Positions 1-9,326 of a DNA stretch of 64,000 bases are shown one piece after another. Under the pieces are notes generated by a model. It did not search any database, had not been told where the DNA came from, and saw only the letters and a program-made list of their open reading frames with translations. How positions within the stretch are numbered: position 1 is the stretch's first letter; every line of letters starts with the position of its first letter. The DNA is from Chloroflexi bacterium HGW-Chloroflexi-10 (GTDB taxonomy: Bacteria; Chloroflexota; Anaerolineae; Anaerolineales; Anaerolineaceae), in the NCBI GenBank assembly GCA_002840755.1, contig PHBZ01000015.1:1-64000 (forward strand), read 5' to 3'. Made by a program: the position numbers and the translations under genes.

Positions 1-490
1 GAAACATGGGCCGGTTCATTTTTGCCTGTCCTTCGCGCAAGTTAATCCCATATTGACTGAATTCCACTCCGCCGCCCTTACGATATACATCCAACAATGA
101 TTCCAATGGGTAAACCGAACCAACAACCAGTTGCGCCATTGGCGTCATATAATTCAGGCTGTTACGATCTACCAATACCTCCGCTTTAGCGGGTGAAAGG
201 TGAAAATGACGCTTTTTTGGATCATTCGAGTTTCCATTAACAGTCAAAATACAGGCGGATGCTTGTTGTTCAAGCCATTCCCGGGTGTAGCGTTCTTGGG
301 TGTTTGTTCGTGAAGCTAACTCTGCCGAAGTCAGGCCATCACTTTTCGCCAGTTCCTGATAATATCCAAGTTGATCGCCAATATAAACGGAGAAGACTTG
401 GAAGGCAGCCACTGCGCTATTAAACAGAGTGTTGACAAAATCGTCTCGGTCCTGAGAGATAGCGTCAGTGGATAAAAGAGAAGTTTCCAT
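1..490 (-). CDS. SAM-dependent (O-)methyltransferase, N-terminal part (partial; continues beyond the window start)
   Basis: The minus-strand frame is open from the ATG (reverse complement of 488-490) to the window edge. It translates as METSLLSTDAISQDRDDFVNTLFNSAVAAFQVFSVYIGDQLGYYQELAKSDGLTSAELAS..., typical of the winged-helix dimerisation N-terminus of class I O-methyltransferases. An SD-like AAAGGA lies upstream. It is absent from the ORF track because it runs off the edge. Confidence 0.5.
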   Translation of the reverse strand, partial: METSLLSTDAISQDRDDFVNTLFNSAVAAFQVFSVYIGDQLGYYQELAKSDGLTSAELASRTNTQERYTREWLEQQASACILTVNGNSNDPKKRHFHLSPAKAEVLVDRNSLNYMTPMAQLVVGSVYPLESLLDVYRKGGGVEFSQYGINLREGQAKMNRPMF

Positions 491-844
491 TCGTAAAATC
501 CTTTCGGAAAGTCAGAAATTTCAATGGTATGCTTGATAACTTACTTGCGCACAATCATTGATAATTAAGATAATTTTTATCATAATAATAAATTAGTAAA
601 AATATGTCAAGGGTACCTAATCGGATGGATTAAGATGTGAGATTCTTTACGAAGAAGCCTTTGTAACCTTAACAGTGAATTTGAATTTGTGCCCCCACCT
701 GGTTTAATATGTATTCTTGAAGAACGTTATGTATAATTTTTCATCCGAAAAAAAGTACTGGGACAACGCAATTCAGAATAATAAATGGGAGCGATGAGCA
801 GCAGCTTAATTTTACAAAAATATTAACAGATTTATGAAAGGTGT

Positions 845-1363
845 TTGACTGTGGCTTACGAATTATTTGGCGAGAAATTTCATGACATTGCTTTTAAGGA
901 AACACGCAGCATATCGATTTCTAACCATCCCGAATTACCGAACGATGATTTCGGATTTTTTGAAGCATATTGCGATGATGAAGATTGTGATTGCCGGAGG
1001 GTGATGTTTAATGTTGCATCCCGTAATCGCGGAGAATTTGTGGCGGTTATCGCGTATGGTTGGGAAAGCAAGGCGTTTTATGCCCACTGGTACCGAAAAA
1101 ATGATCCTGAGATTATTCGTGAGTTACAAGGTCCCACTCTCAATCTTGGCAGCCAACAGTCTGATTTGGCGCCCGCGCTTTTGAAACTGGTGAGCGATAG
1201 ATTGCTAAAAGATCCGGCCTATATCGAACGACTCAAACGACATTACCGGATGTTTAAAGAACGTGTAGACCCGGAGCATTTTCCACCTGTCATGGATAAA
1301 GATGCGGATAGCCATCCTGTACCTCAAACAAGAAAGCGGCATCGTACACGTTCTGAGAGGTAG
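845..1363 (+). CDS. hypothetical protein, Cys/Asp-rich (FFEAYCDDEDCDCRR motif)
   Basis: 172-aa ORF. AGGTG lies 7 nt before GTG at 851 (TTG at 845 is the alternative start). An AT-rich promoter region precedes it and a strong hairpin follows. No family was recognised. Confidence 0.5.
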   Translation: MTVAYELFGEKFHDIAFKETRSISISNHPELPNDDFGFFEAYCDDEDCDCRRVMFNVASRNRGEFVAVIAYGWESKAFYAHWYRKNDPEIIRELQGPTLNLGSQQSDLAPALLKLVSDRLLKDPAYIERLKRHYRMFKERVDPEHFPPVMDKDADSHPVPQTRKRHRTRSER

Positions 1364-1403
1364 CTTAACAAGAGAATAAAAGTATCTTTTAATTGCGGGT
1401 CAG

Positions 1404-1440
1404 GGTGTTTTGGACGGGTAATTTGCCCGTCCAAAACACC
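1404..1440. terminator. Perfect 15-bp inverted repeat hairpin (GGTGTTTTGGACGGG-N7-CCCGTCCAAAACACC), candidate bidirectional terminator
   Basis: Read directly from the sequence. It lies 41 bp after the stop of the 845..1363 gene and downstream of the convergent 1607..1777 gene. No long T-run on the plus side, so intrinsic-terminator status is uncertain. Confidence 0.45.
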
Positions 1441-1606
1441 CCCCGTATTATTAAGATTGTATGAATAAAACCTGTTTTTTATTGTCTTAAAATAATATTT
1501 ATACTTGCAGTTTAGGGTTAGTTTGTGGGTTTTGAGAAAAATAAGGGCGAACTGCTCCGGAGCGGGACCGACCAAACAGCGAGACAAGCTCACCCTAAGT
1601 AAGTGA

Positions 1607-1777
1607 CTACAAATCCTTGAGCGCAGTTGCCAGGGCTAATAAAACAAATCCTGCCGCGACGAACCAAAATGCATATTCAGAGATTGCAGGGATAGGCGTG
1701 AGAGTAGCTAGAATACCAATTACACCAAGGATCACGGCAATCCACCATGTGATTACTTTCGGTTTGCTGAGTTTCAT
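1607..1777 (-). CDS. small two-TM membrane protein (56 aa)
   Basis: Start MKLSKPKVITWW... chosen at 1777 because GAAGGAGAA lies 8 nt upstream. The upstream ATG at 1795 has no SD. Two hydrophobic helices. Confidence 0.45.
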   Translation of the reverse strand: MKLSKPKVITWWIAVILGVIGILATLTPIPAISEYAFWFVAAGFVLLALATALKDL

Positions 1778-2311
1778 ATTCTTATTCTCCTTCATCTTAT
1801 GAATCTAGAATTTTCTCCCGGCCCCGTGGTCTGGTGACCAGTCTAAGAGATCATTGAAAAATGAGTATTCTGAAAATTGTAGGGAATTTCACCAGTCCAT
1901 TGAGTTATCCAGAATTGGGTGTTTTTGGCAGGTAGATGAATTGCAAAAAAATCAAATTGCTGAATTAACTTTCTGGATCGAATTTCACACATGAAGTTTG
2001 GAAGCTCCCGCGTCGGTTGCATGCGCTATTGAAAAATCTGAAATTCACAATATGCTTGTATGGACTGGAACAAAAAAAATCTCTTGTTTCATAATACCCC
2101 AAAATAAGTGATTTTCCAAATCTTATGTCAGGGTAACGGCATCAAAACAGATTTGCTGCTCACCGCCAACCGAAAAGGTCAGGGAAGGATCGCTAAAAAT
2201 GGACGGAACGGCATAAATAAACATGGATACCTGATAATTCAGCAGCTATCCTGTCGTCCTTCTCTGCGCATTAATCGGCCGGCATACCGGATTTTTAGGC
2301 TAAATTGGGGG

Positions 2312-2340
2312 TTGACATAGTAGAACGTTTATTCTATAAT
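2312..2340 (+). promoter_or_regulatory. Perfect sigma70 consensus promoter TTGACA-17-TATAAT
   Basis: TTGACA at 2312-2317, a 17-nt spacer, TATAAT at 2335-2340. No protein-coding gene follows on the plus strand for about 500 bp. The transcript would run into repeat element copy A. Confidence 0.5.
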
Positions 2341-2546
2341 AGATCTGTCGCATACCATAGCAGCATAAAAGGGCAGGGTGAAAAACAATTTACCCTTGGG
2401 ATCAAAATATCGCCTTGCCCAATCGCATTTAAAGTCGGGTCTGATCCCGCCATCATCACAATCAGTACATTAACAACCGCATACAATCACCCACCCTTAG
2501 CCTGTTTCCATCTCTTCCCCGTTACTGTTCTTTCCTATTCGTCTCC

Positions 2547-2690
2547 TATTCGTTCCAAAACGAATACCAGCACTTTTACAACAAAATAGACACAATATCT
2601 GCCCTTACACCGAAGGAACCCCCATCCATGCCGGTCATTTTCCAAAAAAGGCATTCGTTCCGATTGGAATTTTTATCACGAATACGCAAA
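2547..2690 (+). repeat. Non-coding repeat element, copy A (palindromes TATTCGTTccaaAACGAATA and CATTCGT...ACGAATA)
   Basis: Perfect 8-4-8 palindrome at 2547-2566 and a hairpin-like segment at 2650-2686. A manual alignment shows about 70% identity to the reverse complement of 39182-39308. Confidence 0.5.
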
Positions 2691-2832
2691 GCGAGGGCGT
2701 TGTCCCGACGCGCAGCGCTCCGAGCGCTCTTGTTCCTGGCCTACAAGTGCTACATAGAATATGTATTGTCCGCCTGCACGTTAATCAAGGAAATCTCCCC
2801 AGTCGAAACCGGTTTATGAATCAAGGAAACAC

Positions 2833-3933
2833 CTATTCTATTATTACCGGGAGACGTAGATATTGACCGTATTGTTGGGCCGCCACAATGATGGCCTGTT
2901 TTTCCGCTTCTGTCAGTTGTTTGTAGAGATTAGTTTCAATGATCACCTCATTTTTCTTGAGCGTGCGTTTCCATGTACCGACGATTTGACCGTCCATCAC
3001 TATGATATAACTTAAAGCATTGCCGAGAGCGCTTAATAAACCGCCAACTTCGGCCTCACCCAGCGCACTGCGATCTTTATAACCGGAAATGTATTCATCA
3101 TAAATCGATAACATATAAGCTGTTGGAGAATTTTCGCTGTAAGTGAGCTCAGAAGGCGAAAACCAGTAAATGGTTCCGCCAACCGATTCTTGTTGTAGGA
3201 GTGATTTGACCGATTCCAGACCTTGCCTTGCATCGGCAATTGTCAGCCCTGACCATTTCGCAAAATCATGAGCTGTGGCTGGTCCACGACTCAAAAAGTA
3301 ACGTCTGGTGAGTTCTGCCAAAGCCTCATTGCGTTCGAAAGTCCGGGTTTGTGGGACGCGTTCATCCAGGAGTGCATAAGTGAATTGTTTTCCGCGCCGT
3401 GCACCACTGCAGATAAGTCCGTCCAACTCAGCCTGCATCAGGAGGTAGACCATTCGAAACTCAAGCTGTGTGGAGATCCCAACTTCCTCAAGCACATTCC
3501 GCAATTCTTCACGGGTAAGTTGCTTGCCACCCTGTAATGCTTTGACAAATGCGGCATTAGTGCGCTTAAAAATGGCGCTGTCCAACTCCGCTTTACGGTA
3601 CATATAAGCATTTATCGCATGTACGTGCGGCGCGGTGAGAGTAAGCAGCCAGCGAATATCAGCTGGGGTGATAAAGTGCCAGGTCGGACGCAGCACATGG
3701 GTGCGCAGGATGGAACCATCCGCGAAAGCCTGATCTATATCTGTGTCAGAAACGCCCTGCAAACGCAGTCCGAGTGCCCATTTTGCACCTGCATAATCCT
3801 GAGCCTGGACAGCCACCAACCATTTGACTATATCACTTGGCTTGCTGAGTTTGCTGCCGGCAATATGCTGGTTATAAAGCCGCTGGCGTGTCATTTCCGT
3901 GTCTGTCATGGTCATCAGGTCAGTTTTCCTCAA
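2833..3933 (-). CDS. winged-helix DNA-binding domain protein, AlkZ/YcaQ-like (putative DNA glycosylase family)
   Basis: 366 aa. The QAQDYAGAKWALGLR motif and overall similarity to the YcaQ/AlkZ (HTH_42) family were recognised from memory. Confidence 0.7.
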   Translation of the reverse strand: MRKTDLMTMTDTEMTRQRLYNQHIAGSKLSKPSDIVKWLVAVQAQDYAGAKWALGLRLQGVSDTDIDQAFADGSILRTHVLRPTWHFITPADIRWLLTLTAPHVHAINAYMYRKAELDSAIFKRTNAAFVKALQGGKQLTREELRNVLEEVGISTQLEFRMVYLLMQAELDGLICSGARRGKQFTYALLDERVPQTRTFERNEALAELTRRYFLSRGPATAHDFAKWSGLTIADARQGLESVKSLLQQESVGGTIYWFSPSELTYSENSPTAYMLSIYDEYISGYKDRSALGEAEVGGLLSALGNALSYIIVMDGQIVGTWKRTLKKNEVIIETNLYKQLTEAEKQAIIVAAQQYGQYLRLPVIIE

Positions 3934-4108
3934 GTTCTACTACCATTTGTAATGCGAATGCCATGAAAATAGTCTTGTGTTGATTTTACAATTCCAGATT
4001 AAAAAACCAACATTAAAGTTAATCTTTCAGATGTGCACCCTCGCCTCATATGGTATTTTAATGGTTTAGTTTGAATACCCCCCGGAAAACCTTTGTTGAT
4101 TTATAAAG

Positions 4109-5017
4109 TTATTCCGCTTCCTGTCGGGAAATTCCACTGAGAAAGTCCCCCAATAAAATAAAACTCATCGATATCAAAAGGATACCTAATGATGGAATAA
4201 TCAACATCAGCGGATTGTGACTCAACATCGAGCGACCAGAGAAAAATAGTCCACCCCAACTGATAACGCTAAATTCACTGCCACCGACAGCACTGGTCAC
4301 GCTGATGCCAATATAACCAATTGTTGCTTCAAGCAAAATGACTGCAGGAATGTTGTTGATGATCCACACTATAATTACATGCATTACATTGGGTAAAAGA
4401 TGGCGTGTGATTATATGCCAGGGAGATGAACCAATAGAGATTGCTGCTTCTATGAACAATTGGGATTTAATCATCCGTGTATTGATGCGGATGAGGCGCG
4501 CCAAACTTACCCAACTGACTGCTGCAAACCCAATGATAAGCGTGATTAATCCATGGAACCAGGTTGGGGATAACATGCTGCGGAAGATGAGTACAATGAC
4601 TACCATGAACATGATGCCTGGGATGGATTGAATCATGTCGGTAAACAGCGTGAGCAAAGAATCAAGCCAGCCACCAGCATAGCCCGCTACCAGACCAATC
4701 AAAGTGCCGATGAGTGCTGCCAGGGGAACAGCTGTCAGGGCTAAAAAAATGGCGGTGCGTGTTCCATAAATCAATCTGCTGAGAATATCTCGACCAAACT
4801 GATCGGTGCCAAGCGGGTACTCAGCTGTCCCTGGTTTAGGTGGGTCCTGTACCCACATTGGAGGAATCCGGGACCGGGTTATTTCCCAGCGAAACGGATC
4901 ATGAGGAGAAATCCAGGGAGCGAGCATTGCCACAACTATGAGGCTCAGCATCACAACCAGGCTGAACCAGACAGTTTTTTTGTGAAAAGCTTGCCGCCAA
5001 GGGAAGAATTTTATCAT
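4109..5017 (-). CDS. ABC transporter permease, DppC/OppC-like
   Basis: Multi-TM protein with the binding-protein-dependent permease signature. The start MIKFFPW at 5017 overlaps the stop of the upstream permease by 4 nt (ATGA). Confidence 0.8.
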   Translation of the reverse strand: MIKFFPWRQAFHKKTVWFSLVVMLSLIVVAMLAPWISPHDPFRWEITRSRIPPMWVQDPPKPGTAEYPLGTDQFGRDILSRLIYGTRTAIFLALTAVPLAALIGTLIGLVAGYAGGWLDSLLTLFTDMIQSIPGIMFMVVIVLIFRSMLSPTWFHGLITLIIGFAAVSWVSLARLIRINTRMIKSQLFIEAAISIGSSPWHIITRHLLPNVMHVIIVWIINNIPAVILLEATIGYIGISVTSAVGGSEFSVISWGGLFFSGRSMLSHNPLMLIIPSLGILLISMSFILLGDFLSGISRQEAE

Positions 5018-6048
5018 GAGGCACCTTGTTGATTGACCGCTCGAATGCGTGGATCCAGTATCTCGCAAAGGAATTCAATTAAAACGTTAATGAGTACTAT
5101 TCCGGTTGCATAGATTAAAGTCAGGCCCATAATCATCGGATAATCCAACTTGAGAACAGATTCCCAGTACTGTCGCCCAAACCCAGGAAATGAAAACATA
5201 ACTTCTACTATAAACAATCCGGTAAACATTTCCATTAATGTTGGCCCCAGAAAAGTGACAATAGGGACAAGCGCATTGCGCAACACATGAATGAGCATCA
5301 CACGCGATTCTGCCAAACCTTTCGCTCGAGCCGTACGAACATAGTCTTCGTTCAAGGTATTAACCAAAGTGGTGCGTGTTACTCTGGCAATGCTTGCCAT
5401 CGGCATGATCGCCAATACGATGGTTGGTACGATCCAACTACTCGCATAATTCCAATCCGGAATAACTTTGATGAGTTTCAGCCAGGAAGCCAAAACGATG
5501 ATTGCCAGCAAACCAAGTACAAAATTGGGGATCGAGATTAACGCTGCCAGGCCAACTGATATGGCGCGGCTTATCGCCGATCTTGATTTTCTGGCAGTAT
5601 AAATTCCCAGCGGAATCCCAAATCCAACGGCAAATAATGACGCAAACAAAATCAATCGAATGGAATACCCGAAACGGCTTTTCCAGAACCCCATCCCTTC
5701 GGGAGGTTCGAATAGAATATTTTGTACACTGCGCCCACGCTGTTGGATGGATGGGCCAAGATTACCACATATAGCTCCGCAGAAAAAATTACCATCATTA
5801 TTAAAATCACCGAAGATATATCGGGTAAACTGACGCCATAATGGCAAATCCAACCCGAAATGACGGTTAAGCTCGTTCTGGGTGGATTGGTCAATACCCA
5901 GATTGTGCATCATGCGTGCCGTACTTGAATAATTGCTCCACGGGTTGCCTGGGATGGTATGCATTAGTAAAAAAGCTATTAAAGTTGTTCCTACCAGAAT
6001 TGTGATTACCCGCAAGGATTTTCTGAGTAAAATCTGGAATATCATCAT
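5014..6048 (-). CDS. ABC transporter permease, DppB/OppB-like
   Basis: 344 aa, with the N-terminal TM and the conserved EAA-like loop region typical of DppB/OppB. Translationally coupled to the downstream DppC-like gene. Confidence 0.8.
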   Translation of the reverse strand: MMIFQILLRKSLRVITILVGTTLIAFLLMHTIPGNPWSNYSSTARMMHNLGIDQSTQNELNRHFGLDLPLWRQFTRYIFGDFNNDGNFFCGAICGNLGPSIQQRGRSVQNILFEPPEGMGFWKSRFGYSIRLILFASLFAVGFGIPLGIYTARKSRSAISRAISVGLAALISIPNFVLGLLAIIVLASWLKLIKVIPDWNYASSWIVPTIVLAIMPMASIARVTRTTLVNTLNEDYVRTARAKGLAESRVMLIHVLRNALVPIVTFLGPTLMEMFTGLFIVEVMFSFPGFGRQYWESVLKLDYPMIMGLTLIYATGIVLINVLIEFLCEILDPRIRAVNQQGAS

Positions 6049-6243
6049 AACCTTTTTCTGATTTTTATCAGGAAGAATTGGAGAATGATTGCTTTGTCAA
6101 TCTTTTTATGGTGGTTGATCGTATCACGCAAACCTGAATCAATTATTATTGTATATCTCTTTCTCATATCTCGCTTATGTTTCTCACCAATGGGGCTAGT
6201 ATGTAATTTGCTGTGTAAATTTGATTTGCACTTTTATTTCAAC

Positions 6244-7446
6244 TCAAAACTGGTTTGCAAACTCATAAAATAATTCGAGCCATTGTTCAGCAGCGATCCC
6301 AAAATCTATCCCATTACGCACGATGACCAGATTCTTGTGCGGGGATACATAGATAAATTGTCCCTTATCCCCTAATGCCGTGAAATCGAAGGTGCCATCT
6401 TCGCGTGCGATTCCCCACCACATATAGTTGTAATACGCTTGCCCAGGTAATAATTCAATCCAATCAGAATAGTAATCGGTGTAATTGTCTGGTATTAGGG
6501 GCCGGGTTGATTCATTTATCCATGTTTTGGAAATTATCTGTTTGCCCTGCCAACGACCTTCGTTTAGATATAGAACACCAAATTTGGCAAAATCGATAGC
6601 ACGGGCATTCACTCCCGTTTCCATTTTTTCAAAGTTGCTTTCCTGACTATCAATTGACCAGGAGCCATCAAATTCCATCCCTAATGTATCCCAGATTGTG
6701 GTTTGCAGGTAATTGCTTACCGGCATGCCTGTAGCACGTTCAATAATCATTCCAAGCAATTGCGGGTGATACTTATTATAGTTAAAATATTTCCTTGGTG
6801 GGTCGATAATGTGCGTGTTCTCGAGAGCGATTTTGCGTTGATTGGGGTAATATGTAGTCAGGATGTCATCGCTGTTAAAGAGCAAGGGGCGGAACTCTTT
6901 ATATTCCAAACCTGATGCCATCAACAACAAATGCTGGATGGTAATATCTTTGAAACGTGGATCACGTTCGGTGAGTTCGGGAAGGTAGGTAGTGATAGGA
7001 TCGTTCACACTTTTGATGTAACCTTCTTGAATGGCCATGCCGATCAATGCAGAATTATAAGATTTTGCAACTGAAAATGAGGTGACGATTGAATCCCGCT
7101 GCGTATTGTTGAAGTAATTTTCGTACAGTACTTTCCCATCCTGGATTACAATAAATGCTTGCGTTTCATGTGTTTCCAGAAAGCTGTTCCAATTGTCTGT
7201 TGCCGAGAGTTGTGCGAAAAGTGTTTCTACACGTGGATCCGGCGCTACATCGAACAGATAGGTTGAAGGGGCAGCATTGAGCTCATGTGCGGGAAATTTT
7301 TGCCAATCAAAGGCGTCTGATTCTTGCCAAACCAAAACTCTATAGACATATTCGGGTGAGTAGATCAACATGGCCATTACAAGGAATAGTGCAACCACAC
7401 CAATAATTGCAATTGTCAGAATCCACAGCGTTTTTTTAAACTTCAT
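6244..7446 (-). CDS. serine hydrolase / beta-lactamase-family protein, membrane-anchored
   Basis: 400 aa with an N-terminal TM helix. An S-x-x-K motif (SFSVAKS) and beta-lactamase-like (AmpC/PBP4-type) context. Confidence 0.7.
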   Translation of the reverse strand: MKFKKTLWILTIAIIGVVALFLVMAMLIYSPEYVYRVLVWQESDAFDWQKFPAHELNAAPSTYLFDVAPDPRVETLFAQLSATDNWNSFLETHETQAFIVIQDGKVLYENYFNNTQRDSIVTSFSVAKSYNSALIGMAIQEGYIKSVNDPITTYLPELTERDPRFKDITIQHLLLMASGLEYKEFRPLLFNSDDILTTYYPNQRKIALENTHIIDPPRKYFNYNKYHPQLLGMIIERATGMPVSNYLQTTIWDTLGMEFDGSWSIDSQESNFEKMETGVNARAIDFAKFGVLYLNEGRWQGKQIISKTWINESTRPLIPDNYTDYYSDWIELLPGQAYYNYMWWGIAREDGTFDFTALGDKGQFIYVSPHKNLVIVRNGIDFGIAAEQWLELFYEFANQF

Positions 7447-7671
7447 AGTCGAACTCCCTGGTTATTCATTCTGATTTGATCCAAATCAGCAAAAAATGCC
7501 TCTCCGCTTGCGAACAGCCAGCCATCGGAAATGAGAAACTCTGCTTTGCTTCAACGGTTCTGAGGAAGTGATTCAAATAAATAATCCGTATCATTGACCT
7601 GAGCTTATACCCTTCAAACAGACTAATGATATACCCGTCACTTTGGGCTACCTGGCATTTGACAAAGGGAT

Positions 7672-8160
7672 TCAAATCGCTAGTTGCATGCAAATATCAT
7701 CCGGATCGTTATTGTCACACTGGATGGGTTTAAATCCAAGCCGTTGATAAAAGCTTATTGCGCGATCTTGTCTGCGGTCAGTCAGCAGATGGATGTGCTG
7801 GTAGCCCGCCGTTTGTGCAAACTGCAAAAGCATTTGCATAAGTTGGTACCCAATACCCTGTCCATGATACTCCTCCAATAACCACAATCGTTTAAGTTCT
7901 GCCGTTTCACTATCTGCTTTACGAATTGCACCTGTGCCGATAATTTTTCCCTGGTCCATGGCTACCAAGAAGATACCCTGGCGGTCAAAATAATGGGATT
8001 GCAGTTCATCAATATCTTTTAATTCACCTTGTTCGTCAAACTGTAAGATAATCTCTTCGAGGGGTGCTTGCCACTGAAAGATGTTGCGTGCCACAGACAA
8101 GATTACCCTTTTTGCCTCTGCAATTTGATGTGATTCGATTTGCTGAATCTGAATAGTCAT
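7672..8160 (-). CDS. GNAT family N-acetyltransferase
   Basis: 162 aa with the GNAT motif region HGQGIGYQLM...FYQRLGF. Confidence 0.75.
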   Translation of the reverse strand: MTIQIQQIESHQIAEAKRVILSVARNIFQWQAPLEEIILQFDEQGELKDIDELQSHYFDRQGIFLVAMDQGKIIGTGAIRKADSETAELKRLWLLEEYHGQGIGYQLMQMLLQFAQTAGYQHIHLLTDRRQDRAISFYQRLGFKPIQCDNNDPDDICMQLAI

Positions 8161-8428
8161 TGGATGTATAAGCGTTAAAGTTGTTCTATCTTACTATAGA
8201 TATAAATGATTATAGACAAAGATCTTGTTGAGTCAATGTGGAAAACATGGAAAAATAGATGCTTCGCTCCCTGAGATCAAGTGGTTTTGGTTGTTACGGT
8301 TTTTTGCCCGAAGTACAACATCCTATCCATCCGATTAGTTTGGGACTCTCCCACAATCGGGGATAGTTTTAGTATTGATAGCGTATTATTTACGGTAGAT
8401 AATCATTAGCACAAAAAAGGAATAAAGT

Positions 8429-9310
8429 ATGAAGACCATGAATAAAAATTCAATGACAAATATGCCTCAATCGTCTTTGAAAACCTGGGTCAAAACCCAT
8501 CCTGTATCTGCTTTTCTTTTTTTTGTTCTTACGGGGTCATGGAGTGTGTGGTCACTTCTGTTTTTGGTGATTGAACCGGGTGGAATTGTGCATAATCCTC
8601 CTGTTATCGCTTTTGTGCTTGCTTTTATCGGTCAGCTTTGGGCATCCTTGTGTGGTTTGTTGGTAACCTACCTGGCGTATGGAAAGAAAGGAATGCAAGC
8701 ACTTGGTGAACGGTTCCGGAATTGGCGTGTTGGTCATTGGTGGTTGGCTTTATTAATTATTCCCGCTGTTTCAGCTACCGCACCAATTTTACGTCGGTTG
8801 GCTGGGTATCCGGTAGATACACAGGCCATGATTGGATTGCTTGTTCCTGGTCTAATCCTGGGGATTGTCTCAGGTTTTGCAGAGGAATTCGGCTGGCGTG
8901 GTTTCTTGCTGCCACATTTGCTAAAACGCTATTCTCCGTTGGTTGCCACCTTGTTGGTAGGGCTTGTATGGGGTGGTTTGTGGCATGGTTATGCTGATTA
9001 CTTTGGACTAGGTGATAAAGGGCTTGCTTTTTGGCCGTTGATGCTGCTATTGGGCCCCGGGGTGTTAACGGCCTGGTCTTTAATTATGACCCGGGTTTAT
9101 CAAAACACAAACGGCAGTTTGTTGATCTCCATTCTGATGCACACTGGTATTTCTTCAACCGCCTTGATTTTTGGACAAACTTATACAACCATACAAGAAG
9201 AAATCACGTGGACAGCTATTCATGTCGGGGTTGCGTTTATGGCTGCAATCTTAGTTTGGCTGATAATTCACCCTGCGCAAATGCAGAAATCCGAAAAGAT
9301 AAGCAATTAA
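8429..9310 (+). CDS. CPBP family intramembrane glutamic endopeptidase (CAAX protease/Abi family), paralog 1
   Basis: Multi-TM protein with EEFGWRGFLLPHL (EExxxR) and downstream FxxxH motifs. SD AAAAGGA lies before ATG 8429. Confidence 0.8.
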   Translation: MKTMNKNSMTNMPQSSLKTWVKTHPVSAFLFFVLTGSWSVWSLLFLVIEPGGIVHNPPVIAFVLAFIGQLWASLCGLLVTYLAYGKKGMQALGERFRNWRVGHWWLALLIIPAVSATAPILRRLAGYPVDTQAMIGLLVPGLILGIVSGFAEEFGWRGFLLPHLLKRYSPLVATLLVGLVWGGLWHGYADYFGLGDKGLAFWPLMLLLGPGVLTAWSLIMTRVYQNTNGSLLISILMHTGISSTALIFGQTYTTIQEEITWTAIHVGVAFMAAILVWLIIHPAQMQKSEKISN

Positions 9311-9326
9311 TGAACTTCTACCAAAA

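Noticed and set aside
2628-2819. 63-aa Arg-rich ORF inside repeat copy A with an SD-like GAAGGAA upstream
   Set aside because: Its ATG (ccatccATGccg) is missing in repeat copy B (ccatcc-ggtc) and the composition is low-complexity. It is more likely non-coding.
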